Positions 1 through 11,415 are shown, counted from the first letter of the stretch. The stretch is DNA of 64,000 bases from Gekko japonicus (GCF_001447785.1 NW_015167073.1:370692-434691); one strand, 5' to 3'. Numbers and translations are program-made. The notes: generated from the letters alone by a model not told the origin.

Positions 1-345
1 TTGAGTAGGAGCCGCCGCCGCCACTATTACCACCATCGTGTACTGCAGAGCAGTTCCGCTGGGATGGGCTGATTAGCCACCCAGAACATCTTCAGCCATG
101 GCATTCCCCCCTTTCTTCTGATCTCACTGTGATATACAATAATGAGTATTTTAATCACCAATGTATCCTGTAAAATATGAATTTTGGTTTTAAGTGGTTA
201 ATCTGTGTAGTTTTATCACACCTTGGGTGCCTTAATTGTTTTAATCCTGTTGTATTTTATTGCACGGTTGTGCCTATGTAAGCCACCCTGAGTCCGCGCG
301 CGGGGAGGGCGGGGTATAAATGAAATAAAATAAATAAATAAATAA
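1..345 (+). mobile_element. L2-type LINE 3' UTR fragment
   Basis: AT-rich UTR ending gtaagccaccctgag...gggagggcggggtataaat-(TAAA)n; the same terminus follows L2 coding remnants at 26805 and 40350. Confidence 0.55.
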
Positions 346-482
346 TATTGCTTTGGAGCACACAGGGATTTTGAGTGGTTTTAAAGGGTGAAAAGGGCAC
401 CTTGAATTGGACCTAGGAACAGGCAAACAAAGTAAAGCTCTTAGAATCTATGCTAGATGTGCAGAGTGGTTAATCCCTAGCT

Positions 483-879
483 AAGGCCAAGCGCCAAAGA
501 ATAGAGGCTTTGGAACTATGGTGCTGGAGAAGCCTCTTGAGAGTCCCTTGGACTGCAAGGAGATCCAATCAGTCAATCCTAAACGAAATCAACCCTGACT
601 GTTCCCTGGAAGGCCAGATACTGAAGCCGAAGCTCAGATACTTTGGCCACCAAATGAGAAGGGAGCACTCACTGGAGAAGACCCTGATGCTGGGAAAGAT
701 TGAAGTCAACAGAAGGGGACAGCAAAGGATGAGATGGTTAGAAAGTGTTACCAATGCAATGAACATGAAGTTGAGCAAACTCTGGAGGACAACGGAAGAC
801 AGGAGGGCCTGGCATGATGTGGTCCATGGGGTCGCGAAGAGACGGACTTGACTATGCGACTGAACAACAACAACAACAA
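483..879 (+). mobile_element. RTE-BovB LINE, 5'-truncated 3' end
   Basis: ORF 510-851 (ELWCWRSLLRVPWTARRSNQSIL...LRYFGH...SLEKTLMLGKIE) is the BovB RT C-terminus; ends cgactgaac(aac)n. Confidence 0.9.
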
Positions 880-945
880 GGCTGCGCTGATATATTTTAG
901 ACTAATTAGGGTTTCTGGGTGGTCATCAAGAGCAGCCCCACATAT

Positions 946-1165
946 CCCTGACCTGGATAGCCCAGGCAAGCCAAGTATCATCAGATCTCGGACGCTAAGC
1001 AGGGCTGACCCTGGCAAGTACTTGGAAGGGAGACCTTCAAGGAATACCAGGGCTGGGATGCAGAGGCAGGCAATATCAAGCCATCTCTCTGAAATGTCCT
1101 TGCCTCCCAGCCCCACTAGGGGTTGCCAGAAGTCAGCCATGACTTCCAGGCATGCAAGCACATAC
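946..1165 (+). mobile_element. 5S rRNA-derived SINE
   Basis: Head gatctcggacgctaagcaggg...agtacttggaagggagacc matches the 5S internal promoter region, followed by a non-5S body and RTE-like tail. Confidence 0.75.
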
Positions 1166-2128
1166 ATACACACATACATGCACAAAATGCTCAGAAAGAA
1201 AGAAAGAGAGAGAGAGAGGGAGGGAGGGAGGGAGGGAGGGAGGGGCCCCACATAGAGTGACTGGTAAAAGGCCACCCAGTGAGTTGTATGGGTAACTGAA
1301 CCCAGTACTGTTGTTGGGTTCTAGTCCAGCTCACTAACCCCTGTATTGTATTGGCAGCTGGTAAGCTAAATGCTTGAATTTTTATTCTGAGTCTGGCCTT
1401 CCGAACAGCTTGACCCAAACCCCCATTGATACCCTTGTTCTACAGGGAGTCTGTAAGAGGGTCGAGCAGAGGGGTGAGAACATGGTAAAACCCACTAATT
1501 GTCTAGACAGAATTAAGAGCTGTTCCAGACCTAGGTATGCAAATATGGAGGCACTGTAGTCTAAACTGTTATTGTAGCTCATAAAACCACATGATGTCCA
1601 AATCAAGGATCTTTTCACATCTGATCTGGTTTCACCTTGTAATCAAGGTGTCTTTGTAGCTACCATCTCTGTCTTCCCCCAAGGCAGACAGACATGGATT
1701 AGCAAGTAACCACACCATTTATTTACTTTAAATTTCTCATCCCACCTTCTTCCCAGTGTGGATCTGAAGAGACTTACAAAGAAGATGAAACCATAGCACC
1801 TCATAATACATAGAACAGCAAGAAAACAAACTATTTATAAGCAGTGCAAAGTAGCATACACATTTTACCAAAGATCAGCTATCTAATTGACTAGCTAGCT
1901 GTATCGGTTGGCATACATTAACCCTCAAGTGCCTTCAAAAGGAGTTTTAAAAAGTGGTCCTTTGTAAAGTGTTCAAACTTTGTTCCATCTGACGAAAAAA
2001 GTCAAGGACATGATCACAGTATGTTTTAGCTGGCCTTGTCTAATCACTGTGAACTTGGAACCTGTCAGTATGAAGATTATCCCCAGAACATACAGTTCAT
2101 CAGGAATGGACTGAGTTATAGACAGGGC

Positions 2129-2334
2129 CAATGGTCCCTCTAAGCTGTGGAGTCTTGCGTGCAAAAATTCTACTTCGTGAGCTACTGGCACTAAAGCTGC
2201 GAGCGAGCAATTTGAATACTGCATACATTAGTTTGCTCTGGAGCCCTCCTTCCTGAGCTAAGACAAAAATGTGTGAGCTGGAGGCTAAAAAACTGTGAGC
2301 TAGCTCACATTAACTCAGCTTAGAGGGAACACTG
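2129..2334. mobile_element. hAT-type MITE, family A (~205 bp)
   Basis: TIR CA(G/A)TGTTCCCTCTAAGCTG; 8-bp TSD gacagggc. Confidence 0.9.
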
Positions 2335-3643
2335 GACAGGGCTATGAAGGTTATGTGTGCATTTGTCAGAAAGAACATTTTGGGGGCTGCGGCAAGAGAT
2401 GCTGAGAGTATCTAGGAGGAGCCGGGTCGAAACTTGGAGTCTTCTGTGGAAGTTTGAGCATTTGCTGCCTAATGAATCTGATGCAGCATTAGTGGTTGCG
2501 CCATTAGCATAGGTACCTATAGCTAAGGCACATATAACATAGATTCTATTAAGTCTCCCTAACAAAACCATATGGTGAAACTCCTGTAATTTCTCACTGT
2601 TTGTAGCAATAAGAACTGTTACATTATCCTAAACACAGGTCCATAATGCAGATCAGGGCAAATGGCAGATATCATAAATACCGCTACATGTGTTTTATAG
2701 CTACGCAAAAATTAAATCGCCACTGTCCAAACTGAACATTTCACTGAAACTAGGAAAGTGGCTGGCAGGTCCTAAGCAATTCCTCTCTCTTTTTTGTATG
2801 AAATAAATGGTGAGAGTCTCGGGTTTGAAACAGACAAGACACCAGAAGAGCCGGAAGCAGTTCTTCCTACCATTTCAGGATGCGAAAGGAAATTGTTGCA
2901 TCAACTGGTTCAGCTTAAACCACAAGTCCAACCACGAAGCAAAGAGTCCCCATGAGCAGCAGGAGAGGCTGACGATGCCAGGAAGAGGCTGATGGAGAAC
3001 CTACAAATGCCCAAGACCCCGCACACCGCCGGTGGTGGCGTGGCCCCAGGCCTACAGGGCCGCCGCCGGCATAGCTCCAACCACACCCAGGCCGTAGGGA
3101 CGGCGTCGGAGCTTATTACAGAGGGCGGGGCTGGGAGGACTGAGAGGGAGGCGGGGACGGGAGATGGTGCTAGGAGAGGGAGCTGGGTATAAAGGACAGG
3201 GAAGCGAAGGGGCTGGGGAGGAAGGACGTGCTCAGAACTACCTGATGCTGGCAGAGAGAGAAGGAGTCCAGCGAGGACGCTGAGAGGCTGGGGAGCTGAT
3301 GCACGAAGGTAGAGGGGCTTACAGAGTGCCAACTCTGTCCCCTACCCATCTGAGGCCCGAACGCTCCCCCTCTTCTTTATAGGCCTCATCTTCCAGGGCC
3401 GTTGGACACCCCCCATCTTGAATGGTCACGGCCATGGGAGGGTCTATGCCTGGAACCCAGGGCTGGCTTGACACCCTCTGACCCCTTCTCTCTCTCTCTC
3501 TCTCTCTCTGTCCTCTCACTCTCCCTTCACATAGTGTTCCATGGAGACACATGTCCCTGCAGGTCCCTCCTGTAGAGACAGTGCCCTCACGCTCCCACAC
3601 ATATCATGCCGGATTAGCTGTCCATTTGTAATAGGGGAAGTAC

Positions 3644-3893
3644 NNNNNNNNNNNNNNNNNNNNNNNNNNNNNNNNNNNNNNNNNNNNNNNNNNNNNNNNN
3701 NNNNNNNNNNNNNNNNNNNNNNNNNNNNNNNNNNNNNNNNNNNNNNNNNNNNNNNNNNNNNNNNNNNNNNNNNNNNNNNNNNNNNNNNNNNNNNNNNNNN
3801 NNNNNNNNNNNNNNNNNNNNNNNNNNNNNNNNNNNNNNNNNNNNNNNNNNNNNNNNNNNNNNNNNNNNNNNNNNNNNNNNNNNNNNNNNNNNN
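3644..3893. other. Assembly gap (others at ~7649-7835, 20417-20441, 34902-35055, 41399-41570)
   Basis: Runs of N. Confidence 0.99.
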
Positions 3894-4418
3894 GTGTGCC
3901 CATGCCTGGAAGTCATGGCAACCTCTGGCGACTCCTGCTGGGGCCTGGAGGACATTCAGAGAAGTGGCTTGCAAGCCTGCCTCTGCCTCCCGACCCTGGT
4001 ATTCTTTGTAGGTCTCCCATCCAAATACTTGCCAGGGCTGACCCTGCTTATTTATTTTATTTATTTTAGGTATTTTTACCCCGCCCTCCCCGCAAGCGGG
4101 CTCAGGGCGGCTTACAGGGGCATAAGCCCATACATAAAAACAATAAAATCCAATAAAATCACAAATCACAACCAATAATATCCTATTAAGAATAAAGTGC
4201 TTTAAATTTCCAAGATGGTCTAAGTTATTACTATCGTCCAATAAGTAGTCCGAGCCAGTCAGCTAGTCTTGCTGCCCTGTGGTTCACATGGCTGCCGGGA
4301 TGTCGCGGATACTTCCGAGATCTGATGAAATCCAGCTTAGCTTCCGAGATCTCATGAAATCCAGCTTAGCTTCTGAGATCTGATGAAATCCAGCTCGCCT
4401 GGGCTATCCAGGTCAGGG
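3894..4418 (-). mobile_element. 5S-derived SINE split by an L2 3' fragment (~4050-4310); a ~29-bp head unit is triplicated
   Basis: ggtctcccatccaaatactt...ccctgctta resumes as cttccgagatctgatgaaatccagc x3 ...ctatccaggtcaggg. Confidence 0.7.
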
Positions 4419-4723
4419 TACTTCTCTCTCTCCTTTTGTCTGAAGCCTGAATGTGAACTGGATCTACCTGAATAAATGTAAGTCTGTCTTTTTTGCAATA
4501 TACTTCTTGGAAGCTTTATTTACTGCACTCGGTATCACACTTCTAGGACTGGGGGGAAACTCTGTTATATTAACCAAAAATCCCAATACATTTTACTACC
4601 ACAACAGTCATATGTTCAAAGCTCTGGGGAAAGTTCTTTAGCTTACACTGACAACATGATGCCAAGAACGAGTGGGGAAAGTGTATTAGTATGAAGACAG
4701 CGCCATCTTAAAGACCACAGAGT

Positions 4724-4986
4724 GAACATAAGAACATAAGAACATAAGAGACGCCAATGTTGGATCAGGCTAAAGGCCCATCCAGTCCAACACTCTGTGT
4801 CTCACAGTGGCCAGAAATACCAGTGCCATCAGGAGGTCCACCAGTGGGGCCAGGACATTAGAAGCCCTCCCACTGTTGACCCCCCCCTAAGCACCAAGAA
4901 GATAGAGCATCACTTGCCCCAGAGCCCCTATCTATACCTTGTGGTTAATAGCCACTGATGGACCTCTGCTCCAGATGCTTATCTTA
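4724..4986 (-). mobile_element. CR1 LINE short 3' end
   Basis: (AAGAACAT)n tail and UTR nearly identical to 35831-36080. Confidence 0.85.
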
Positions 4987-5328
4987 CAGGGGTCATTTCG
5001 TGGAAAAAGAGCTAGGGGAACTCATTAGCATAACTCATTAGCATATGTCACACCCCCTGACATCATAAGGCCCGGCGGTGGACCTTCAAGGCCGGCGGGA
5101 GTGCGAGGAAGCCCCGCCAAGGCCCTCCCTGGCCCCATGCAGGCAGGGGTGGGGAGAGGCGGGGAGGAAGCAACTTACCCTCCCTCTTCTCCTGCCTCCT
5201 CCTGGCTGAATGAGGGCCGGAAGCGAGGGGGCCAGAAGCAGGGTGTGTGGCTTTGTCGTGTGCCCCGCCTCCCACACCTCACCTGGGGGAACTGTGATCC
5301 CCCACGATCCCCCCCGAAATGACATCTG
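4987..5328. mobile_element. hAT-type MITE, family B1
   Basis: TIR CAGGGGTCATTTC; near identical to 54853-55205; CTCATTAGCAT subterminal repeats. Confidence 0.8.
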
Positions 5329-5482
5329 CTTATCTATAAGAACATAATGAGTGGATATCATGGATGAGCACAGACATGCTCTCACATGTCCAAACCCAAT
5401 GATGAAGCCATTCTGGAAAAGTATTCACAGTAGGTATCCACAGTACCCAAATGAAACCAGTCCATGACCAGCAAGTGATACA

Positions 5483-6427
5483 TCAGTATTTTTGTTCCAG
5501 ACCTTTCCTTTGCAGCATCTTAGTTGCCGCTCTGTGGATATCCTTGTTCCGCAGAGTATAAATGATCGGGTTGAGGAAAGGGGTGACCACCACATAAAAT
5601 ACAGCCGTTTGCTTATCACGGTCAGGGGTTGTGTCTGACCTGGGTTTCATGTACATGGAAATGATGGTGCCGTAGAACATGGTGACGACTGCCAAGTGGG
5701 AGGCGCAGGTGGAGAAAGCCTTGTGGCGTCCTGAGGCAGACTGCGCTCGTATCACGGAGGACAGGATGAGTCCGTAAGAAGTCAGGATAACAGACAGGGG
5801 GACCAGGACAGCCAGCATGGCCGCCACAAACAGGATGGCTTCTGTGATGTGAATGTCACCGCAAGCAAGTTTCATCACCACCGGCAGCTCGCAGAAAAAG
5901 TGGTTGAGATGGTTGGGGCCACAGAAGGGGAAACGCAATGTGCACATCACATTTATCACAGCGAGGGAAAACCCTCCTGCCCAGGAAGCTGAGGCAAGGT
6001 GCAACTGGCGCCACCTGCCCATAGCAATGGCATAGACCAGGGGGTGGCAGATGGCCAAGTAGCGGTCGTAGGCCATGACACCCAGCAGAAGGCATTCGGT
6101 GCAACCTAGGGACAAAGCAATGTACATCTGGATGACACAACGAGTGAAGGAGATGGCTCCATTTCCGGACAGGAGGTGAGCCAGCATCTGGGGCAAGGTG
6201 CTGGTGACAAAGCAGATCTCTAGTCCCGAGAGGTGCGTCAAGAAGAAGTACATGGGGGTGTGGAGGTGGGAGTCTGCCCGCACCAAGATGATGATCACCA
6301 GATTCCCCATAAGAGTAAACGAATATATGAGGAGAATTATGGAAAAAAGCACAATCTGTGTCTTCCTGTGGTCGGTGAGTCCCAGTAAGATGAATTCTGT
6401 CACGGAAGTGAGGTTCTCAGTTCCCAT
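5483..6427 (-). CDS. Olfactory receptor, class II, OR2D-like (OR-1), 314 aa
   Basis: MGTENLT (N-glycosylation site), LHTPMYFFL, MAYDRYLAICHPL, HFFCE..KLAC, KAFSTCASHL, PFLNPIIYTLRNKD; acceptor ttcccttccattgcAG at 6441-6442 sets the start at 6427. Confidence 0.96.
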   Translation of the reverse strand: MGTENLTSVTEFILLGLTDHRKTQIVLFSIILLIYSFTLMGNLVIIILVRADSHLHTPMYFFLTHLSGLEICFVTSTLPQMLAHLLSGNGAISFTRCVIQMYIALSLGCTECLLLGVMAYDRYLAICHPLVYAIAMGRWRQLHLASASWAGGFSLAVINVMCTLRFPFCGPNHLNHFFCELPVVMKLACGDIHITEAILFVAAMLAVLVPLSVILTSYGLILSSVIRAQSASGRHKAFSTCASHLAVVTMFYGTIISMYMKPRSDTTPDRDKQTAVFYVVVTPFLNPIIYTLRNKDIHRAATKMLQRKGLEQKY

Positions 6428-6844
6428 CCTGGTGCCCTGCCTGCAATGGAAGGGAAATTTATGGAGGACATAAGAACATAAGAGCCCTGCGGGATCCGAC
6501 CAGTGGTCCACCTATTGCAGCCTACTGTCACATACAACGACCAACCAGTTTCTACACAGGGCCAACAGTGTAGGTTCGACGGTTCAGTAATGACACAACA
6601 CACAGAGATCTGTTGAAGCTCTCTGACCAAGTTCTCAAGCTGTCTCTGTGTCCCAAGCTGTTCTTCCGAACTGGGTGTCAGTAGCGTTTTATTATGCTCA
6701 CACATTTCTCCCTCCCTCTGCCCTGTACAGTGAAAACAAAAACAAAGAAAAAGCCTCTAACCAGAATCACAGTATGTTCTTAACAGAATGTTCTTGGTTC
6801 TCATCCTGGTGCCCTGGCCTGCAATGGAAGGGACATTTATGGAG

Positions 6845-7410
6845 AACATAAGAACGTAAGAGCCCTGCTGGATCAGACCAGTGGTCCGCCTATTGCAGCC
6901 TACTGTCTCATACAACGACCAACCAGTTTCTACACGGGGCCAACAGCATGACATAGAGATGAAGGCCTTCCCCTGATGTTGCCTCCTGGCTCTGGGATCC
7001 AGGGGTTTATTGCCTCTCATGGTGGAGGTGTGAGTAGGAAGTTTCCCTGTGATAGACCTATCCTCTATGCATTTGTCTAATCCCCTTTTAAAGTTGTCTG
7101 TGCCTATAGCCCTCATTACATCCTCTGCCAGCAAATTCAACATTTTAATCACCCACTGAGTAAGGCAGTAATTTCTTTTGTTCATCATTCCCATCAACTT
7201 CATTCTAGTATTTTGGAAGGGGGGGGGTTCTATCTGTCCACTCTCTCTAATCTGTGCACAGTTGTATAAACCTCTATTATGTCCCCCCCTTAGTTGTCTC
7301 TTTTCTAAATGGAGAAGTCCTAGACTCTTCAGCCTTTCCTCATAGGAAAGATGCTCCAGTCCCTTAATTGTCTTGGTTATTCTCTTCTGTACTTCTTCAG
7401 TTTCTACAGT
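6845..7410 (-). mobile_element. Older CR1 3' fragment (its end is duplicated at ~6465-6567)
   Basis: Degenerate TQWVIKMLNLL...FKRGLDK translation; aacataag tail. Confidence 0.75.
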
Positions 7411-7560
7411 GTCTGTAGAACATAAGAGAACATAGCCATAACAGGGAGATATAGATTACAGCAAGAAAATAATTGGAAACATTGGAAGAGTACAATTGAT
7501 AAATATAACATGACAGTCCCGGCTATTAACTATTCTTGCTATGTTAACTCTATGTGGACC

Positions 7561-7642
<82 letters not shown>

Positions 7643-7648
7643 CATCAT
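7561..7648. repeat. (CAT)n microsatellite
   Basis: About 29 units, abutting a gap. Confidence 0.95.
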
Positions 7649-7835
7649 NNNNNNNNNNNNNNNNNNNNNNNNNNNNNNNNNNNNNNNNNNNNNNNNNNNN
7701 NNNNNNNNNNNNNNNNNNNNNNNNNNNNNNNNNNNNNNNNNNNNNNNNNNNNNNNNNNNNNNNNNNNNNNNNNNNNNNNNNNNNNNNNNNNNNNNNNNNN
7801 NNNNNNNNNNNNNNNNNNNNNNNNNNNNNNNNNNN

Positions 7836-8030
7836 NTGCCCATAGCCTTGAGAACTTCGTGTGTGGTGTGATATTTGATGGCAGAGACCTTTGGTTTAAA
7901 TCTGCTATTTTGGCCATGACAAACTGTTCCCAGAGCTTGTCATGCCATACCGTAAGCGTTGGTGGGGTGGGAGATTTCCAAGCGGCGGCTATTGTTAACC
8001 TGGCTGTTGCAAGTAATATTGACGTAAGGA
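7836..8030 (-). mobile_element. L1-clade ORF2 C-terminal fragment
   Basis: ILLATARLTIAAAWKSPTPPTLTVW parallels ILTNARIAVAKCWKSDRLPS in the L1 at 14422-16035. Confidence 0.7.
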
Positions 8031-9030
8031 CCCTCTTTTTTGAGACGCAGTGGCCAGAACTGTGCATAGTATTCCAAATGAGGCAGCACCATAGATCTAT
8101 ACAGGGGCATTGTAATATTGACTGTTTTATTTTCAATCCCTTTTGTAATAATCCACAGTACAGAGTTTGCCTTTTTTTCTCTGCTGTAGCACACTGGGTT
8201 GACATTTTCACTGAGCTATTCACCATGACCTGCCATGACCCTTTCCCCCCTCGGTCTCAGCACATCCAGACCCAGTAGCATGTCCATGAAGTTGGGATTT
8301 GTTTGTGCATCACCTTCCTCTTACATACATTGAACTTAATTTGCCACTTCCTTGCCCACTGCCCTAATTTGTAGAGATCCTCCTGGGGCTCTTCGCAGTC
8401 ATGCTTTTCACAGTCCTGAATCATTTGGTGTCATCTGCAAACTTAGCCACTACAGTGCCCACCGCCAGTTCCAGAAAATCTATGAACAAATTAAATAGCA
8501 CTGTACCCAATACAGATCCTGTTACTACCAGTCATTGACAGAACTGTCCATTTATTCCTACTCTCGGCTTCCTTTTGTTTCACTGGTTTTAATCCATAAA
8601 AAGGACCTGTTCTCTTAACCCATGACTGCTAAACTCAATTCGGAGTCTTTAGTATGGTACTTTGTTGAAAACCTTTTGAAAGTGCAAGTCTTTCAGGCAT
8701 ACATTGGTCCTCTGTGTGCCTAATGATTCTGTCTTTGAGTACAGTTTCTACTAATATGACTTGTGACAGGTGTTAGGCTAAAGAACCTGTAATTTCCTGG
8801 TTCCCCTCGGGACCTTTCTAAAAATCAGTGCAATATTTGCTACTGTCCGGTCCTCTGGTACAGTGCCTGTTTGTAGTAACAAGTACCGATACTGGTAACT
8901 AGGTCAATAATTTCTCATTTGAGTTTTCTAAGAATCCTTGGATGCCACTAGGACCTCGAAACTTACTGGTTTTTTAAATTAGTCCAATGGTCCTAGAACT
9001 TCATCTTGGCACCACAATTTGACTCAGTTC
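8030..9030 (-). mobile_element. Old degenerate CR1 RT fragment
   Basis: KKANSVLWIITKGIENKTVNITMPLYRSMVLPHLEYYAQFW; remnants of FADD and QKVFNKVP. Confidence 0.8.
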
Positions 9031-9339
9031 ACCACGGTCTCAAATAGATGTCTTATAACGTTAATTTTTCTGACTCGAGATGGCAGGGAGCCTATCCATG
9101 CAAAGCACCTACTCTGACAGTAGCTTGGTTCCTAACCAGATTTGACATGCTCCTCCAAGCAACCTGTCAGTTCATCTTAGGTGGCAGTCAATGGAACCCG
9201 GTTTGTTCAAATCCCTCTCCATCCCGGTTAGCACAAGAGTTTCATTATCTTACCTTTCTTCTTCTGACGAGATGGCAGAGACCTTAGGCACCTGCACTCT
9301 ACTTTTAAACCTTAGTTTCTCACCAGCTTTAATAGGCTG

Positions 9340-9560
9340 CTTCCAAGCAGTGCTTAAACCCTTCTAAGGTGATGGTCAATGTAATCTGCTTTGTCCAAAT
9401 CCTGAAGTATTCTGAATGGTACTGAAGTAACTATATACAATCCCTTTGTTTCTCTGATTGTCAAACACTTGAGGATTCAGTACAATTACGGACTGTGCAC
9501 GTGGTCCACTAGGGTAGCTCCATTCCCTCTGGGTCATTAACAAAGGCACCAAGGGCGTCA
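9340..9560 (-). promoter_or_regulatory. Candidate OR promoter module, copy P1 (upstream of OR-1)
   Basis: ggtgatggtcaatgtaa (9368) and ctctgggtcattaa (9527-9540) align with P4 gggtgataatcaatataa and ctgtgggtcattaa; TAATGA site at 9534-9539; donor AAG|GTAAGA at 9253. Confidence 0.5.
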
Positions 9561-9774
9561 CGTAGACGGATGGAAATATTTCATAAGTTTGCCTCTTTCC
9601 CACTGTTTTTATGATGCAAGTTTTCAAGTACTCATCAAGGCCTGTACAAAGGAATAAATGGCAAAGAGGAATTTACCATTCATTTATTTTGTCTGTTATC
9701 TCGTCATAGCTCTAAGAAGCCATGAATGGTCCTTTAGTCTCATAACAAACCCTTTGAGATAGAGTAGGTCAAGG

Positions 9775-10690
9775 GGGGGGGTTGGTGGAAGAGCCTCTCC
9801 TTCCCATGCAGAAGGTCTCAGGTTCAATCCCTGGCATCTCCAGTTAAGGATCAGGTAGTAGGTGATGTGAGAGACTTCTTCCTGAGACTTGGTCTTTACT
9901 CTGCTTAAACAGAGGCTTATTGATATAGAGTTGCAAGAGCTCAGAGCCCTTGCCTCCGGAAGGTGCTCCTCAGTAAGGTGGGCCTATCCCCTTTCTGGTG
10001 CTCTACCATATTACTTTTTCTGCCTGACTTCACTGCAAATGTGTAGAGCTTATCTGTTGGCCCGTCTTAATGTTCTCCCCTCTGCTATTCTTGAGGGGAG
10101 ATATAAGCAAATTCCTTATTCAGTCAGGTTCTGTGGATGTAATAGAAGAGAAATAGAAACTGTTGAGCACGTACTCTTACACTGTAAATTGTTAAATGAC
10201 ATTCGAGTGGAATTTATAGAAGCCCCCCTTAGGTTGGTAGCAGGCCAATCGAATAGAATCAAGGTACAATTTCTCCTTGCTTCACGAGATCCGGAGATCA
10301 TTGAACTGACCGCTAAGTTTCTCCATGGTTTTATAAAACGGAAGAGTGACCCTGATCATATTAATGATTCTTAATTTATAAGTCTAAAAACTTAAGTTTA
10401 AAAGTTTAGAATGCCAATTTATTTTATGATTCAGGCATCTTTTGTCTGGTCAAATCTAGCTTGTGACTACTTGAGTTAGGCCTGACATAGCCACAACTAT
10501 CTATTTTATAATTTCTTTTGGATTGCATTATTAATGCTTCTAATATTGTATGCCAATAAAAGGTATTTGAGTTTGAATTGACTTCTTCCTGAGACTCATG
10601 AGAGCCACCGCCAGTCTGAATAGACAATACTAAACTTGATGGACCCAGGGTCTGATTCAGTACAAGGCAGCTTCATATGTGCTCACGTGT
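9775..10690 (+). mobile_element. tRNA-derived SINE (CR1-like tail) interrupted by RTE-X
   Basis: B box ggttcaatccc; halves join across the TSD; a related uninterrupted copy lies at 42628-42826. Confidence 0.7.
9890..10579 (+). mobile_element. RTE-X-like LINE 3' fragment
   Basis: ORF RAYLLARLNVLPSAILEGRY...RFCGC...ETVEHVLLHC (C-terminal zinc knuckle); 17-bp TSD gacttcttcctgagact. Confidence 0.75.
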
Positions 10691-11123
10691 ATATATATAT
10701 GTCTGTGTGTGTGTTTCCCAAGGCCACACAAGTGAGCACCTTATAAGAATATGCACACAATTCTGGATTTCCACATTCAATCCAATGTTCTAATTGTTAC
10801 ATTGCCTCAAAAAAAGGGAACGATGAGGGAGGTTTTTCTGTCCCCCCCTACCCCACCCCCCGATGCTGAAAATAAGAAACTTGGGTTTTTGCATTAGATA
10901 AAAGCTGAGAGTCTCAGGCTGAAAACAGACAAAACTGTGGGAGATCCATCATCTGTTCTTCCGACCGTCTCAGGATAGCAATGGAAATTCTCATATTCAC
11001 TGGGTCCAGTCAAATCCCAGTGTTTTGAATGGTTTCCTTCTACCACAATAGGGAGCGAGCCCAATCCAAAGATGTCAGAATCCCATGTCAAACTTTGAGT
11101 AAAAGTAGGCTTCTGTCTTATGC

Positions 11124-11415
11124 AGAGGCAGTTTGGTGTCGTGGTTAAGTGTGCGGGCTCTAATCTGGGAGAACCAGTTTTGATTCCCCCCCTTCTCTAC
11201 ATGCAGCTGCTGGTGTCACCTTGGGTCACTTACAAGTTCCTTCAGAGCTGTTCTCTGAGGAGCAGCTCTCTCAGAGCTCTCTCAGCCCCACCTACCCCAG
11301 TCACAGAGTGTCTGTTGTGGGAAGGGGAAGGGAAAGAAGATTGTAAACCACTCTGAGAGTCCTTCGAGTATTGAAGGGCTGAGTATAAATCCAATCTCTT
11401 CTTCTCTCTCTGTCT
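11124..11415 (+). mobile_element. Squam3-type tRNA SINE with (CTT)n tail
   Basis: Head gtttggtgtcgtggttaag...ttgattcccc; L2-like 3' end; aaatccaatctcttcttc. Confidence 0.85.

Larger units (their letters stand above)
2795..4519 (+). mobile_element. Possible solo LTR, interrupted by an N gap and SINE/L2 insertions
   Basis: Starts TGTATG; GC boxes and TATAAA near 3188; AATAAA at 4471; ends ggtatcaCA. No clean TSD, and it may be two elements. Confidence 0.4.

Noticed and set aside
946-1040. 5S rRNA and tRNA genes
   Set aside because: Only diverged, partial heads fused to SINE bodies; no intact RNA gene.
5853-6473. Antisense and alternative-frame ORFs over OR, CR1 and L1 coding regions
   Set aside because: Shadows of real coding frames with no independent motifs.
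6428-6511. N-terminal extensions of OR-1 (342 aa) and OR-4 (327 aa) in the ORF track
   Set aside because: They run through the splice acceptor into intronic or CR1 sequence; paralogue alignment places the starts at 6427 and 46829.
3516-8278. Long ORFs crossing N runs, including poly-His/Ser/Met/Ile frames
   Set aside because: Artefacts of assembly gaps and the (CAT)n microsatellite.
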